Origin: Haplodiscus bocki | Lineage: Eukaryota | Direction: 5' to 3' | Assembly (NCBI GenBank): GCA_965655095.1 | Contig: OZ296657.1 | Location: forward strand, 13,268,001-13,332,000 | Length of the DNA stretch: 64,000 nucleotides | In this document: piece by piece, positions 28,111-40,547 of the stretch | Layout: every line of letters begins with the position of its first letter | How positions within the stretch are numbered: position 1 is the stretch's first letter | The notes under the pieces: generated by a model | Seen by the model: the letters and a program-made list of their open reading frames with translations, nothing else | What the model was told of the DNA's origin: nothing | Databases searched by the model: none | Position numbers and translations under genes: made by a program

Positions 28111-29947
28111 TGTCGAGCGGGTGGTAGAATTCGGTTCGAAATTATGTTGACACAGACTTGTCATTTTCTTGGTGTGCGGCCGTTACTGATTAAATAAATT
28201 TAAGTCTCAAAGTTGCCCTACCGGCCCGCGTAAAGTATAGCGTGAATTCGCTAGCAAGGACTTAATGAATAGCTATTGGGTGGCTAGAGAATTTGTCAAA
28301 GAATTTGTTTAACGCAAGCAGTTCTGTTATATAAAGTAGGAAATTTATGGCTTGCATATAATACTTGTATTGTCAAACTTGCCAGAGATTTCACAAGGGG
28401 GGCGGTACTGTTTTAAGCGCAGAAGATTTGATTCAAATTCCTTTCTTTTCCAAAAACATTCAAAGTAAGAACATTAGCAACTTTACCGTTGAACTCTGTT
28501 TGATCAATATTTACCAACACTCAGAAATTTAATGCGGAATTATGAATCTACAATTTTTAACTGAAAAATGAAGAAAAAATTGTTGCACGCGCTTTTAATT
28601 GACGCGGAATTGAAACACAAAAATAACAGTAGCTCCAGTGATGAAAAGTAACATCTTTTCTAACCTTGTAGGAGATGAGTTGCCTTTGAGCACCATCTAT
28701 TTGCGTCGAGTTTGTACTAGAACGGAGAAAAAAATCATCGGTATTTTCTAGCAGTTTTTTTTAAAAAAGAACCTCTAAATCAGTTTTAGCTAAGACTACG
28801 TAATTCGCGTAATGAATCAACCTAGCGAGTTCTCCTAGGCCATTACATAGTTGTCAACCCGTAGAATAAAATCTAGGGATTTCGTTGAACGCTGGCTCAG
28901 TCTCGATCAGAAGGTTGACTTAATAACTCAGACACTGTGACTCGGTTTATGGCGTAGCAACCGTGCAATTTCTCCTAGGTTCAGGCAATTACTATCGGAT
29001 AACCAATGAACCTGATTCTGATTGAAATTGGGTTAGTAGGTAATTTCATCTAAGACTCAGCATCATTTCACTTCAATGGAGGCAGCCAATAAAAGCACAA
29101 CCCAGAACGGAAGGACCAAGAACCGATTTCTCTTAGGTATCAGGAAGTTTTGAAGAGTTCTTGTTCAGAGCAGTTTCCGTGGCAACTCTTGTTCAGAGTA
29201 TCTGCTGATGGACCCGATCTTAATTAACTAAGTTCATCTGGTGAGTTGTACTCTACCAGGGTAGTCTTTTTAGATACTAACAATCCGTTTTTTTCCCAAT
29301 GGTGGAATTAGGTTTATAGTTGATAGGTTTTTGGCTATATTTGAATCCTTTCCCAACGATTGGAAACTTCGAGTGTCTTGGAAAAGTTGTCTCTTTTCCA
29401 AAGATATAAACGTTACCAATGTCGGGAAGGCAAATTTCCGTGAAGGTTTCAAGTTTTGAGTTTCCAAATTTTTAGGAGAAGAGAATTGAGAATTTAGCAG
29501 TTTTTGCTTTCGGAGTTGGTAGTTGACGGTAGGCGATCAGGAGTTTTATAGTTTCTCCTGTTGGCGGCCGGCGCTCAGTCTTTCCGAACTCTCGTACCTT
29601 TCAAGGTTATGACCAAGTACGGTAAGCCTTACGCCAAGGAGCACCAAACAAGGTGATCCTCCAAAAAGAGTCAAAAATTGAAGTGTTAGGACGCAAGTTG
29701 TGACTTTTGTGAAGCAATGAAATCAAACTCCGAGAACGGGCGGTAACAAAGAGAAAAGCGTCGTTTCCATCGTCTGAGGCGTGCCAACGAAATTTTGAAG
29801 TTTCAAAATGTGCAATTCCAACTTTGTTCTCGCTCTCCAACAACTATCCTTTCAATCGGTAAGTTACTATTATTTTTCATTATAACTTTTATTATGTCAT
29901 TTCTAAATTTAGAAATAGCATTGTTTAGCGTTATGGCTAACGCAACA
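28111..29947 (-). repeat. 3' LTR (1837 bp)
   Basis: Direct repeat of 49488-51328; TGTCGAGCGG..CGCAACA; purine tract AGGGTGAG precedes it on the minus strand. Confidence 0.95.
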
Positions 29948-29988
29948 ACTCACCCTAGTAACAAAGTGTTGAAAATGATGGAGGGCCT

Positions 29989-30902
29989 CTACGGAAAAGG
30001 AAAGGGAAGAGAAGACTGGGTAGGTTGTTTTGGGGGGTCAAAAAAGGAAATATCAAGGTTACTGGTGTCATTGTAGAGATAGCCATCAGTTTCATTAAAA
30101 GTTTCGTATGTGGGAAGGAGCACGCGTGTCGCGTTGTTGGTAAGGTAGAGAAGTCAATTAAGGTTGGTCGGGTTGATTCTGTGGGCTCGATTGTTTGGCT
30201 CCAGGCATTAAGAGGGTTCAGTTGGTCACGCATTCTGATCTGGATTGGCTTTGAAACCGGCCGAGGCAGAATGTCATCATATTATCCTGCAGATATAGAG
30301 AGAGGGATGGAAGCCCATGTTCCGATAGCAGCGGCGAAACCGTAGGGGTACCAGTTCAAAGAAAAGTTTGAGCCGTATGGGTGAGAGCGAACGCTAGGGC
30401 TGCGAAGTTGGGTGATTGGAGCGTCTTCCCGCCCAGGTATCAGATACCATAATCTGGCGGAGTCAAACACCAGTTTTACAGAGGAAATCTTGAACAACAT
30501 GAAATTACAATTACTGTGCTCAAACTGGCAGATTTGGTCGCCCATAGTTGAGAGCTGAAATTGTAGTGAATTAAGCTTCAAAATGTATCTGCGCGTTTTA
30601 GAAGAACTACGCTTCTCTAAGACTCTAATTTTTTATGCGAGTGTCATTAATGAAGAAGACTTACTTGTTATTTGTTGGTCAAGTAAGTCGATCTGGGGCT
30701 GTAGAAGAGCGAAGTCTCTTTGGAGACGTTGGACCAGCTGCTTGAGGGTTGTCCGTTCTAATTCTTCTGTCTCCACATGCCTGCGCAACTGTTGTAGAAT
30801 AGAATATATCACAATTGCAGGTGATAGCGTTGAATATCTATCTATAGGAGGTGCTTGGGTGGGCAAAGTAAATTCCTCAGGTAATCCAAATAATCCAGGC
30901 AA
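29989..30902 (-). pseudogene. TRAF-like gene (coiled coil + TRAF-C/MATH domain) inside the LTR element
   Basis: Coiled coil LERTTLKQLVQRLQRDFALLQPQIDLLDQQI; then MLFKISSV..LRSPSVRSHPYGSNFSLNWYPYG..GTWASIPLSISAG*YDDILPRP..IRMRDQ..GYLYNDT..ISF, matching the TRAF MATH pattern (IWKI..SPPFYT..GY..LYLNG..GTHLS..GEYD.LLPWP..LLDQ..Y.KDDT). Confidence 0.8.
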
Positions 30903-31100
30903 AAAAATAACTCGTTTTCAACAAACTAGTAAAATCAAAAGTTTAGACAAAATTGAAATAAAAAACTGAAATTTAAATTATTACTGTGAATTAGCTGTTA
31001 TAGCTCGGAGCGGTGCAACAAGTCGCTGAGAGGAGAGGAGCGTAGTCCCGATGGTAATTTCTTGTCGGTGGCTATTCCAGAGGAGTAATTCCCAGGAAGA

Positions 31101-31604
31101 TTATTCCCGTTTCAATCTATAATGCAGATGAGGGTTGAAACGAAGGCATTTCACGACTCTCGCCAGTCGAGCGAAGTGTTCTCTTTTGTGTTGTCGGGAA
31201 ATTGTAAGTCTATCTCGGCTACTAGAGTTTTGGCTGGTGGGTCCTTGCAAACTGCGTAGTTTCCGTTTGGATCGGCCGCGAGCACTGCGGGAAGAAGAAA
31301 TCTTGGATCTAGCGTCTCCAACAGAAGAAGAAATGGTGGAAGGTTGTAATTGGTCACAAGTGACAGTAGGAGCAGAGCAAAACGAAGATAATCCTTTTGT
31401 TGTTGATACAGTGTCCGATTGTGCATCGGGTGGAGCAGGGTTTGACGGGACAGTTATTGAAGGAGGGGAGAAAAGAGTTACTACTGGCTCAACTGGCTGT
31501 CCCAAAGTTGATGGCGTCAAAGTTAGAAAGTCGAATTCCAGATCCGTCAAGACAGGCAATGGGTCGTCACTCTCCCTTGCTTGAAAATCTAAACACTGAA
31601 GCAT
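31101..31604 (-). CDS. Accessory ORF, Ser/Thr/Pro-rich with basic C-terminus (167 aa), unknown function
   Basis: Open 167-codon frame right after env, same strand; SRSARGRSKRKLR basic tract. Confidence 0.45.
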   Translation of the reverse strand: MLQCLDFQARESDDPLPVLTDLEFDFLTLTPSTLGQPVEPVVTLFSPPSITVPSNPAPPDAQSDTVSTTKGLSSFCSAPTVTCDQLQPSTISSSVGDARSKISSSRSARGRSKRKLRSLQGPTSQNSSSRDRLTISRQHKREHFARLARVVKCLRFNPHLHYRLKRE

Positions 31605-31620
31605 TAAACGAAAAAAATTG

Positions 31621-33747
31621 TTAAACAGGTGACAATGGTAATGTTACCGTTCTCATTGCAGAGTAGAGGTGCTTTTCTTTCTTTTTCGCACCCTCTTTCA
31701 CCTCATGCATATCCTTTTTCACACATGGACCTACCTCCATGTGTTCAACAGCGGTTAGCGCCGGAGCACGTGGGTTATACATGGAAGTTAACACAGTTGT
31801 CAATGCAATATTGTATGATGCACTCAGAAAGGTCTTACCAAACCCCAGAGTGGAACCGGTTAACTTATCTATTTCCATGTAACGCATGATCATAACTATT
31901 ACATCAATTAAAAACTTGATGAACAGAAAGAATGAAAAATAGATTCCGCAATGCTCAAGTACGTAAACTACAGGTCCAAATGTGTCCAAAAACGGATCTT
32001 TAAAATATCGAGCTGAAATAATCTTAACCACAAAGAACTCGGTTCATGAGGTATATTAGTGAAAACCGTCTGTACCTTCTTGGGCAGTGGTGTAGACAAA
32101 AAAAATTTGTGCGAAAATTTTAAGTACCATTCTCGAAGCCGCATTGATAAGGATGCTATCACAAAATCCTTTGCTCGTTACGAGTGTACATGCCTGCATC
32201 CTGTAATCCAGTAAAAGTGTGAGAAGCAACCGGGCTAATATACTGAGGTCCAAATATGGCAGGTTTGTCTTGATGTACGATACCAGGTGTTAGGGTATAC
32301 CAGGAATCTTCCTGATCCATGTCGAGTTGGAACAGGTTTTTGATGCGATCAGAACAGTTTTGAGTCGTAGCATGAGGATAGGTTTGTCGGGTTACAGGGT
32401 CAACGAATTGAATTTGTCCTCTGTAAAGAATCAGAATTTTATTATAGCACTGGTTCATTGTGTGAAGAGGCGAATAAACTTTTGGGCAAAGGTAGAGCCA
32501 TGCTACGCTTCCATATGTTTCCAGAAACATTGATCGGTTACCATTGAGCATGTAGCCAGCCAAACGAGGGTTTTCATGGCCTAGCATAAGATTAGTCAAG
32601 GTTTGAGTACGTTCTTGTTCGCATTGGTTTTGTAATAACTGTATTTCCGTCGCTTGGAGTAATCGCGAGCTTTGAAAAAATAAAAAATAAATCTTCGTTG
32701 CAAGGTGCATTTCATGGTAGGCAATCTTCAAATAACTATCGGGGTTCTCTGTTTGTAACTTTTGTGTTCCCTCTAACTGAGGATTGTGAGCGTAAAGTTG
32801 AAGGAAGTGGCCTTTCTCCTTTGGTCTCAAAGTTTGTAGGATCTTGGTTGCTCCAGTTTGATCGCGACCCAGGTTTCTCCCGATGTCAATGTCAGAACCT
32901 TCGCTTGAGCTATCCATATAAAAAGAATCATAGTCTGTGGGTTGGATAGATGTTGGCTTTCCGCAATGTTTTTGAGTGTTGTTCTTCACTTCAAATACGA
33001 ATTTAGAGCTAGAGTCGGCTCCACTGATAACGTAACACTTTCTTCCTTGTTTTACCAGGTTAACCTCCTCAGTTCAAACAATCGAGATTTGCGCAGTTGT
33101 CAGGATAGTCCCATATGTAAGGATAGGGGTCTAACGAAGTAGTTTCACATCCCAGTTCTTCCAAAGAGCATGGTAAAATTAAACCAGTATCAGATAAAAT
33201 TTTCCCGTTTTCTAACGTAACTTTCAGAGTGGTGGTTTGCATGTGAGGGAGGAAGGTGTCACGAGTGATCCAACCTTTACTGTTACATTCATTCCTGTAG
33301 TCAACTCTGGTGTCACTAGAGGTTTCTACAATAGGGTTTTTTGTGTCGAAAACAAAACTTATCGAAAGCCCAAGTAACGCTCGACATTGTTCTGGAGAGA
33401 TAACAATGTGACTTGTAATTCCTGCAAAAGTGTGATCAATGCTGCTATGATCATGGTGTCCACAATGCTTTTTTTTTCCGGACGTGTTGTAATTGGCTTT
33501 TTGTAACCTTTAATTCTTTTCTAAGATGTTTGGTGAAAAGGACAACTTTAGCCTTACTTATTTCCAATTCTTCAGGCATAATAAGGCTAGGTCGTACCTG
33601 ATTTATGACGTAAAGAGATTTATCAGTCATTTCACTGCAATCAAAATGAGCTGCATTCAGAGCATAGCCAACCTGATCTTCATCTGGAGTTAAATTGAAA
33701 GCTACTTCGACAGTATGTGCGACCATTTGGAAAAATATTAGCTTCAT
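31621..33747 (-). pseudogene. env: env: chuvirus-like class III fusion glycoprotein, frameshifted
   Basis: N-terminal hydrophobic stretch, AAHFDCS (YDC-type start), Cys-rich ectodomain, helix LQNQCEQER..LAGYML, AWLYLC..QCYNKILILYRGQIQFVDPVTR, C-terminal TM GIYFSFFLFIKFLIDVIVMI. Confidence 0.75.
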
Positions 33748-33999
33748 CGCTAGAATACATCTGTAGATGGTAGCTAAGAAAAAGGAACAGTAAAAAGGAA
33801 AGCCGTAATCTTCAAGCGGCAACTTTGTGGGCACGAATACAAAGCCGGAGCAAAAATTTTGTAGTAGGCGCTCCGCTACTGCGAAACGACACCGAGATTT
33901 CTTTAAAGGACGTCGGACTAGAACCGAGTGTCAAAAAGGGACGCCGGACTAAAACCAGTTCGTCAAAAAAGTGCCAAATACGGTTTTTTAACCTAGATT

Positions 34000-34915
34000 G
34001 AAGCTCTTAAAACTAGTCTTAGGACGTTTCGAACTAGATTGTCCAGTGCTGTGAGTCAGTGACTGACAATAGAGAATAAGTTATTTCACCAGTTGCTTTT
34101 GCAATGGGTTAAGTTTAGAGAAGAAAGGAAACTTGGTGAATTATACCAAAGACGACACGAGGTTGATCAATCTTTCTGTGTCTTGTTTGGTTGGTATTTT
34201 CTAAGTTGCGGGCTGAGCTTGTCGTAGATTTCTGACTGTTAATATAATCGGCTTTTCAACTTCTCCCCGAACAATTTTTGTTATTTCCAGATGGTTTTCA
34301 GTCGTAGGACGTTGCCAAACACACTTGAGGTTAAATTCGAACGTCATCAAGCTTCAACTGTTTTACTCGAAACTTTGGTTTTTAATCTTTATGTTTCCTG
34401 GTGGTGGATTGAATTAAAGGCTTTCAATAAAGGAGTAGTACTCTGACTCTTCAGGGCACTTGAAGTTAATTTTTTTCCAATCACCAATTCTTTCTGTCAA
34501 TTTATTGATTACTTTAGTTTCTGATTCAAAAGCTAAATGTTCAAACAGATAAGAATCATTCTTAATTTCCAAAAAAATTGTGGTCATTTGATCTGACTCT
34601 TTATTTCTGCTGGTGGAGGGTTTTTGTAAAGACCTTCAACAAAGGAATAATGTTCTGATACTTAAGGCACTTGAAAATTGTTTGTATTCCAGTTTCAACA
34701 GCCTCTGTTTTTACGTCGAAACTTTCTGTAGTTAAATCGTAGGTTATTGTTCTGAGGATAAAAGTACCTCCGTTAACTTTGAAGAATATGATTGTCATCT
34801 GATGGATAGATTACCCAAAAGATTTAGTGTTAAGTGTTTCTGTTGTCAGTCGTTGGATTGGGATTCAGTTGCGTTGAGTTGCTTCTTCCGGATTACTTCG
34901 TACCGTTGAGTGCAT
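34000..34915 (-). pseudogene. Decayed accessory ORF between integrase and env, unknown function
   Basis: Protein-like segments (MTIIFFKVNGGTFILRTITYD.., KNDSYLFEHLAFESE.., LKCVWQRP) broken by stops and frameshifts. Confidence 0.4.
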
Positions 34916-35309
34916 ATCACATCTGAGAACGATGCTTCAGTTAAAACACAGCTTTAAACTTTTCTTTAAAAAAACTAAATATTATTTTAGAGTATTCATT
35001 GAAAATAAGTTTAAGGTAAAAAGTTTTATTCAATTGATTTAGGCGGTTTAAAAATTAACAGAATCGTGCACCAATATTTTATGTTCTTTTCTTTGTTCCA
35101 TTCTTTTTTCCGTTTTGCTGTGCTTTGTCACAGCAGGGTCTTCCGGGGGAAAAGTGCATTTTTTGTCGGGTAGGGAAGAAATAAAGTCAAGAATGAAGTG
35201 AGGAAATGATGGATTGAAGAGAACTGGATGCGGGTAAACAGAGAAGTAATTTTTGTCGTGTAGGTACTTTTGGTGGTATTCCATTTGTTATTCCCTTTGT
35301 TGTTATAGG

Positions 35310-35765
35310 ATGGCAGAACCCCCGCCATTCGTCGTGGAGGTGGTAGGGTGGGAGAGGATTGACCCTCTCCCGGAGCTCCCACTCTTCCAATCCACGGCCA
35401 AAGAGTCGTTTGGCGGCTCTCTGTACATCTTCGGGGAGCCCGCCATCTTTTGGTTAGACGGTTGGAGAGCCTTTATGAGGTATCAGCGGGGCAATGATGA
35501 AGCACCAGTTAAAGAGGCCCCGGTGTTGGCAATGTTCCGGAGTTTCTTGGTCCGTTTTTATGGAGAAAACTGGGAAGCGACGGTCTTTTCCGACTCGGGG
35601 GAGGTGCTATTGTTCGAACTCCGAGCAATCCTTGCCGGGTGGCTCGGCCTCACAATGGAGCAGAGGGAAGAGTTTGCTCTGGCCATGGACGGTTGGCCAC
35701 AAGCTGTTTTCCGGGCGCGGGTTAGGTCCATGGCGAAAGCCGGGCGCTTCCGGTGCCTGGAGTGA
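35310..35765 (+). CDS. Antisense accessory ORF (151 aa), GC-rich, unknown function
   Basis: Open ATG..TGA frame MAEPPPFVVEVVGWERID..AGRFRCLE in a GC-rich island; preceded by pyrimidine tract + TAG (acceptor-like). Confidence 0.55.
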   Translation: MAEPPPFVVEVVGWERIDPLPELPLFQSTAKESFGGSLYIFGEPAIFWLDGWRAFMRYQRGNDEAPVKEAPVLAMFRSFLVRFYGENWEATVFSDSGEVLLFELRAILAGWLGLTMEQREEFALAMDGWPQAVFRARVRSMAKAGRFRCLE

Positions 35766-36375
35766 GCAACGCCTGCCGGCAGGGTTATCCTTCCCCGTTG
35801 GTTTGGCTCTTGTTATGTCCAAACCATTCCTCTGCATGGGAAGTATTCATTTGTATTAGGATTAAACATTCCAAAATTTGTGAGAAGAATACAACGTAAG
35901 TTTTAAAAACCAATGAAATTGCCATCTGTTATTTCGGGTAAGACGGTTGAAGTTGCTGGAAAGAGTTGAAGAGGAGATAGGTTAGTGTGAATGAAAGTCA
36001 GAAATTCCTCCATGATTGGGTCTAGGTGTTCAAGGGAATGATATCACAAAAGTTCATAAAGGCTTGCCATTGCAAGAGAATTACAATGGATTTGAATGTT
36101 ACATTTACGCTTGAGATCCTGTTGAAGTGTGATTGTAGAAGAGGTGTGAAACACACACGGACAATGTGTGTCGAATAACTCCAGTAAGCCTTAGTCAAAA
36201 GCACTGTGTCTAGGGCCAGATCGGACCAAAAATGAGTGACCGTCCACTTGCAGTTAGGGTATAATTTGTGACATTCAGGCATCTTGTGCTGAATATAACG
36301 AATGAAAAAGTAGTTAGTATGGATCTAAAGAAACAGAAGGTGGGCGAACACTGAGCAACAAAGAATTGTTGTCTC

Positions 36376-38150
36376 CTAAAGTTTATAACGCTGACGAGTG
36401 AGGGTACGAAGAACCGATTGAGAATTAGGATCGTTTGGCTGAGGTCTGTAATACCTTGGTTCTCTTGCTTTAGACTTGAGACTGTTCCGCAGAAATTGTT
36501 GTATCAGAGTAAGTGGTCTGGTTGCAGCCGAAGTTGACAGTTTTTCCTTCGCCGTCTCCTGTGAATGTTGTGATAGTTGTTCAGGTGTATTGGGTAGGGT
36601 TGGCGAGAAAAATTGAGGTGAGTCAACTCCCGAGTCACTGCTGGTGACTTTATCACGTTTGAGTGAAGTGATTGCCCGAGCCGTAGGTGATGGTTTGATT
36701 GGAAATGGAATGGGGTCTTCTGCGACTGGCTCAGTAAAGCTGTTCATTTTCCCAATTCTTTCTTCCAAGAAACGTTCATAAAAATCGTCATCATGTCGTT
36801 GGTCGTGTGGTACATATTCTTCAATCATAGCTGGTAATGATTCTTCTTTAGGATAGTATTCAACCAAATGGTTAGGGTGGACCGTTTGCATAACTGATCG
36901 GTCGTTGTAGTCTTGAATTTGATAGGTAGTACTAGTTATACGCTTGATAACGGCAAATGGACCCAGTCGTCGCTGTTGTAGTTTTTGACTTTTTGATAGG
37001 TCCTGCCGGTGGTTTTCGTAAAAAACTTTCTGACCGACGCCCAGACGGCGTCCTACTTTAAATTTGTTCCTGTATGCATGGGAACAAGCCCTCTGTTCGC
37101 GACATCTTTTCAAAGTAGGGGAAAAAATGTTTAAAGTCTCGCTCTCGATCTAACGGAGGGTGAGAAAGCTGTGGTTGAAGTAAATTCTGGAGAAGCTCAT
37201 TCTTCGTAGAGTTCTCGTCGTGAGTATGAGGAGGCAAGTCCGTACAGAAGTCGGAACAACATAAGTTATGTTTCTTTCGGTAGTGTCCCAATTTGACAGA
37301 CATGGGAATTTGTGGTTTGGCGTCGAAGACGATTTCGTAAGCCGTTTTACCAGTCGTGTAATTAACACTGGCATTGTGCTCGAACGCAAACTTTGGCGCG
37401 AGAGAAGCCCAGTTAGTGCCAGCATCGTTCAGAGAAATTCTCCAATAGCGAGCAATTTGCTGGTTCTGAGTCTCTACTTTGCCGTTTGTCTAAGGCGAGT
37501 GAGCTGTACGTGGTCGAAGGGTAATTCCCAACTCTTTAGTCCACTTGATGAAAACTGTGTTGAAAAAGGTTGTCACTCTATCGTTTATGATAGACTGAGG
37601 AATTCCAAATTGAAGTATCCATTTTCCGACTGCGGCACTGGTAGCTTGTGCTCCGGTATTAGTAACAAGATAGACCATTGGGAAACGCGAGAAAGAGTCA
37701 ACTAAGAGGAGACTATGGGTGTTCCGGTTACTCGGTGGATGGAAAAGTCCTTTATGGTCGATATTTATTGCGCAAAACGGTGCGGTATCACTTGGCCATT
37801 CTTCCAACGGTACCTCGTTAAGATGTTTAGGTTTTGGTTTATTATTCTGGCATGCAAGACAGTCAGCTGTTAAGGCCCAGATCCAGTCGAACATCCCTGG
37901 CCAATAATATAATCTTTTAGCGTTAGCATACGTCTTTGAGGCTCCCACGTGTCCTCTTATTAAAATGTCCCATGCGGAAGCAAGCTGAGAAAAGAGGTAA
38001 AGGTAAGCAGATTCGTAAGTTCCTTTCGGTTAATGTATCAGAAGGTTCATTATTACACAGAAGTTTGCCGTGCTCTTCTATGAGTAGTCGATCTAGCTCT
38101 TGGCCGTATCTGAGCAGACCTTTAGACTGTCAGTTTTCTGGAGCTTTTAG
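36376..38150 (-). pseudogene. pol: pol: integrase (HHCC, DDE core, GPF C-terminus)
   Basis: HVGASKTY..YYWPGM..CLACQ; NIDHKG..LVDSFSRF..FGIPQSIINDR..TNGKVE; RRLGPFAVIKRITSTTYQI. Confidence 0.9.
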
Positions 38151-38899
38151 GTCAGGAGAGATACCTCCTTGAATCCAGGAGCGTACAACACTGAGCATTG
38201 GATCTTTTGTGTTGCTCGTGTAATATGGTAGGAACATCAAGATAGAAAACCTTTACAACATCAACCAGATTGGTAATCAAATCCCGAGTTCTCAAATGAA
38301 GAGCAGCCGTAGCTGATAGTCTCTTTTTTGCGAAGAAGGTATCAGGATTACTAAGTACCGAGTCATGAGTTGCTCGAGCCTTGCATAGGCGGTAGTGATC
38401 GTTGGCATTGATTTCACAAGCGTAGGCATCTTCATGCTCGTTCATATCGCAATCTTCGTGAACTCTATGAGTTCGACGTGTGAAGAGGCTCCAGTGTCCT
38501 CGGTTCGTGCCGTCTCAGTCACATTGATAGAACTGTGTGTTCCAGTGGAGCTTCCAGATGGTGATAATGATACTGAAGACTGTGGTCTGCACGGCCGTCG
38601 GAACTGGTTGATAATTTCTCCCATTCGGAAACAGTCTGAAGCTAGCTGTACTGAAGACGTAGCAAGGTCAGTACTAATGGTATTAGTAGAAAAAATTTCA
38701 CCGTCAATATGCAATCGGAGTATCTTCTGATCTTTGCCTTGTTGGCAATGAATAGGGTAAAAATCGTTACACGTATCAGCTGTGGTATCTTCGTGGTTTA
38801 TTCTGTACGTTATCTGTTGTCCTTATTCGTCAAAAAACTGAATATCTTGTGGTAGTTTTTTGTGTTGAAGTTGGTGATTTTGATATTCGTCAATGATCA

Positions 38900-39542
38900 C
38901 GTTCCGGTTAAGTATATCAGTGAACGCTTGGTTAGATCCTGGCGTCCAGATGATCTCCAAATTCTGGAACTTCGTTATTATAACCTGTTACCTGAAGAAC
39001 CGATGGGATAACTGTCTTTTGCGTCCCCATAGAGAGAGGATGGGTTTGTGGTCACAATACAAGTATATTGGAAAAGGAGATCCAATAATGTAATGCTCAT
39101 AAGTTTGCAAAGCTGAGACAATCCCACACAATTCCCTGTGGAGTGTTGACATCTTTCGTTCAGCTTTTTCAAAAAATTGAGAATTGAAGAAAATGATTCG
39201 CTTCTCTTCCGCGAACTGTTGTATTAGAATGCAACCAGTTACAACATTAGACAAATCTTCGTGACTATGAATACGATACTCAGTTAAAGGAATGGCGAGA
39301 CTTCTATTTTCACTGATTCTATACCTTATCATTTGGAAGACCTTCTAGTGATTTTCAGTCCAATGGAACAACGTAGAACCTCTAATGAGCTCGTAGAAAG
39401 GTTTTCTGCCCACGTGAAGGTTTTTGATGTAGCAACTGTAAAATCCAAGATATCCCTGCACTTTCATAACATCTCGTTTGCACTCGGGTGATTTGAGATT
39501 CTTTAGGTCATTGACCCGTTTGGCAATTAGCTGTATTCCGTC
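38900..39542 (-). pseudogene. pol: pol: RT C-terminus and RNase H
   Basis: DGIQLIAKRVNDLKNLKSP; GCILIQQF..STLHRELCGIVSALQTYEHYIIGSPFPIYLYCDHKPI. Confidence 0.9.
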
Positions 39543-39547
39543 GGTAG

Positions 39548-39668
39548 GCCTAGACCGTGCAGCAAAAATCAGTTTAATATTGGAGGTAGGCAGTGCCTAC
39601 CATGCCAGATATTAAGCTGACAAGAACAGATACTACACATGATCTTAGCCAAAAGGCCGAGAAGAGAT
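39548..39668 (-). ncRNA. U2: U2 snRNA copy, 3'-truncated (nt 1-121)
   Basis: ATCTCTTCTCGGCCTTTTGGCTAAGATCATGTGTAGTATCTGTTCTTGTCAGCTTAATATCTG.. with branch-recognition GTAGTA and Sm site GATTTTTG. Confidence 0.95.
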
Positions 39669-39766
39669 AACCCAAAAATATTCTATCTCCACATATAAAT
39701 CACAAATGTAACTTCCATCATGCAGTTTTTCAAATTCGCACATTCTCAGCTACCCCAGCTATGACC
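39669..39766 (-). promoter_or_regulatory. U2 upstream region, probable snRNA promoter
   Basis: ~98 bp nearly identical to 44138-44235, upstream of the other U2 5' end. No PSE consensus recognised. Confidence 0.55.
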
Positions 39767-40547
39767 TTGACTTCTTACAACATGACAGGACAACGATCCA
39801 ACGTCTTTGCATTCATTGTAGGCGCTAATTGTGGTAGTTGTTGCCAAACATCATGACACTGAAACTGAAACGCAAACTTTTGACCTTCAAAATTATGTTA
39901 TCAAACAGGTTGTCATCGAAAGTGCATGTAAAATGATTTCGCTAGAACACCCGTTAATGGTCTCAAAATGAGCAATTCACTTGCCAAAATGGTTCCGTGA
40001 GAAACTTTTGCAGTTTACGTACACCCAAACGTGCTAAAGCGCCAAATTGGTCTGACAGAGCTACGTAGGTCTGACAGAACTGTAGGAACCTGCAAAAACT
40101 CTTTTTGTCTACGTCAACGGCAAGTCAAAAAAGGATGTCCAATTCTCCGTAACATTACGTAAGAGTCCTAATTCACAAGTTATGAGCTTAAAATTGGCAC
40201 AAAACCAAGCACCCGCGAAGCAGTAGCAAAAAAAACCGTAAAACCAAACGTCCCAAAAGACAACGTATGCAACCTTCTGACTGATGCACACTTCTTATTC
40301 CCCAAGAAGAGTCTTCAAGCCTGAAAAGACTTCTGGTTGAGTCGAATAACCTAACTTATGGGCGATACTGGAAGAAAAAGATGAGAAACAAAAAATTCAG
40401 CTATACTGCAAACACGAAAACCCAAAAACGAACTTCATCAAACGATTCAACAAAAATGCATAACATCACTCAACACACTCATTATTTCAACTTCAAGGAT
40501 CACTGTTTAGGTCCAGTTGAGTAGGTAATGAGTTCAAAATGGTCGAT

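Noticed and set aside
29270-29843. Identical ORF pairs (29270/50651 and 29607/50988) as duplicated genes
   Set aside because: They only reflect the near-identical LTR core; non-ATG starts and no motifs.
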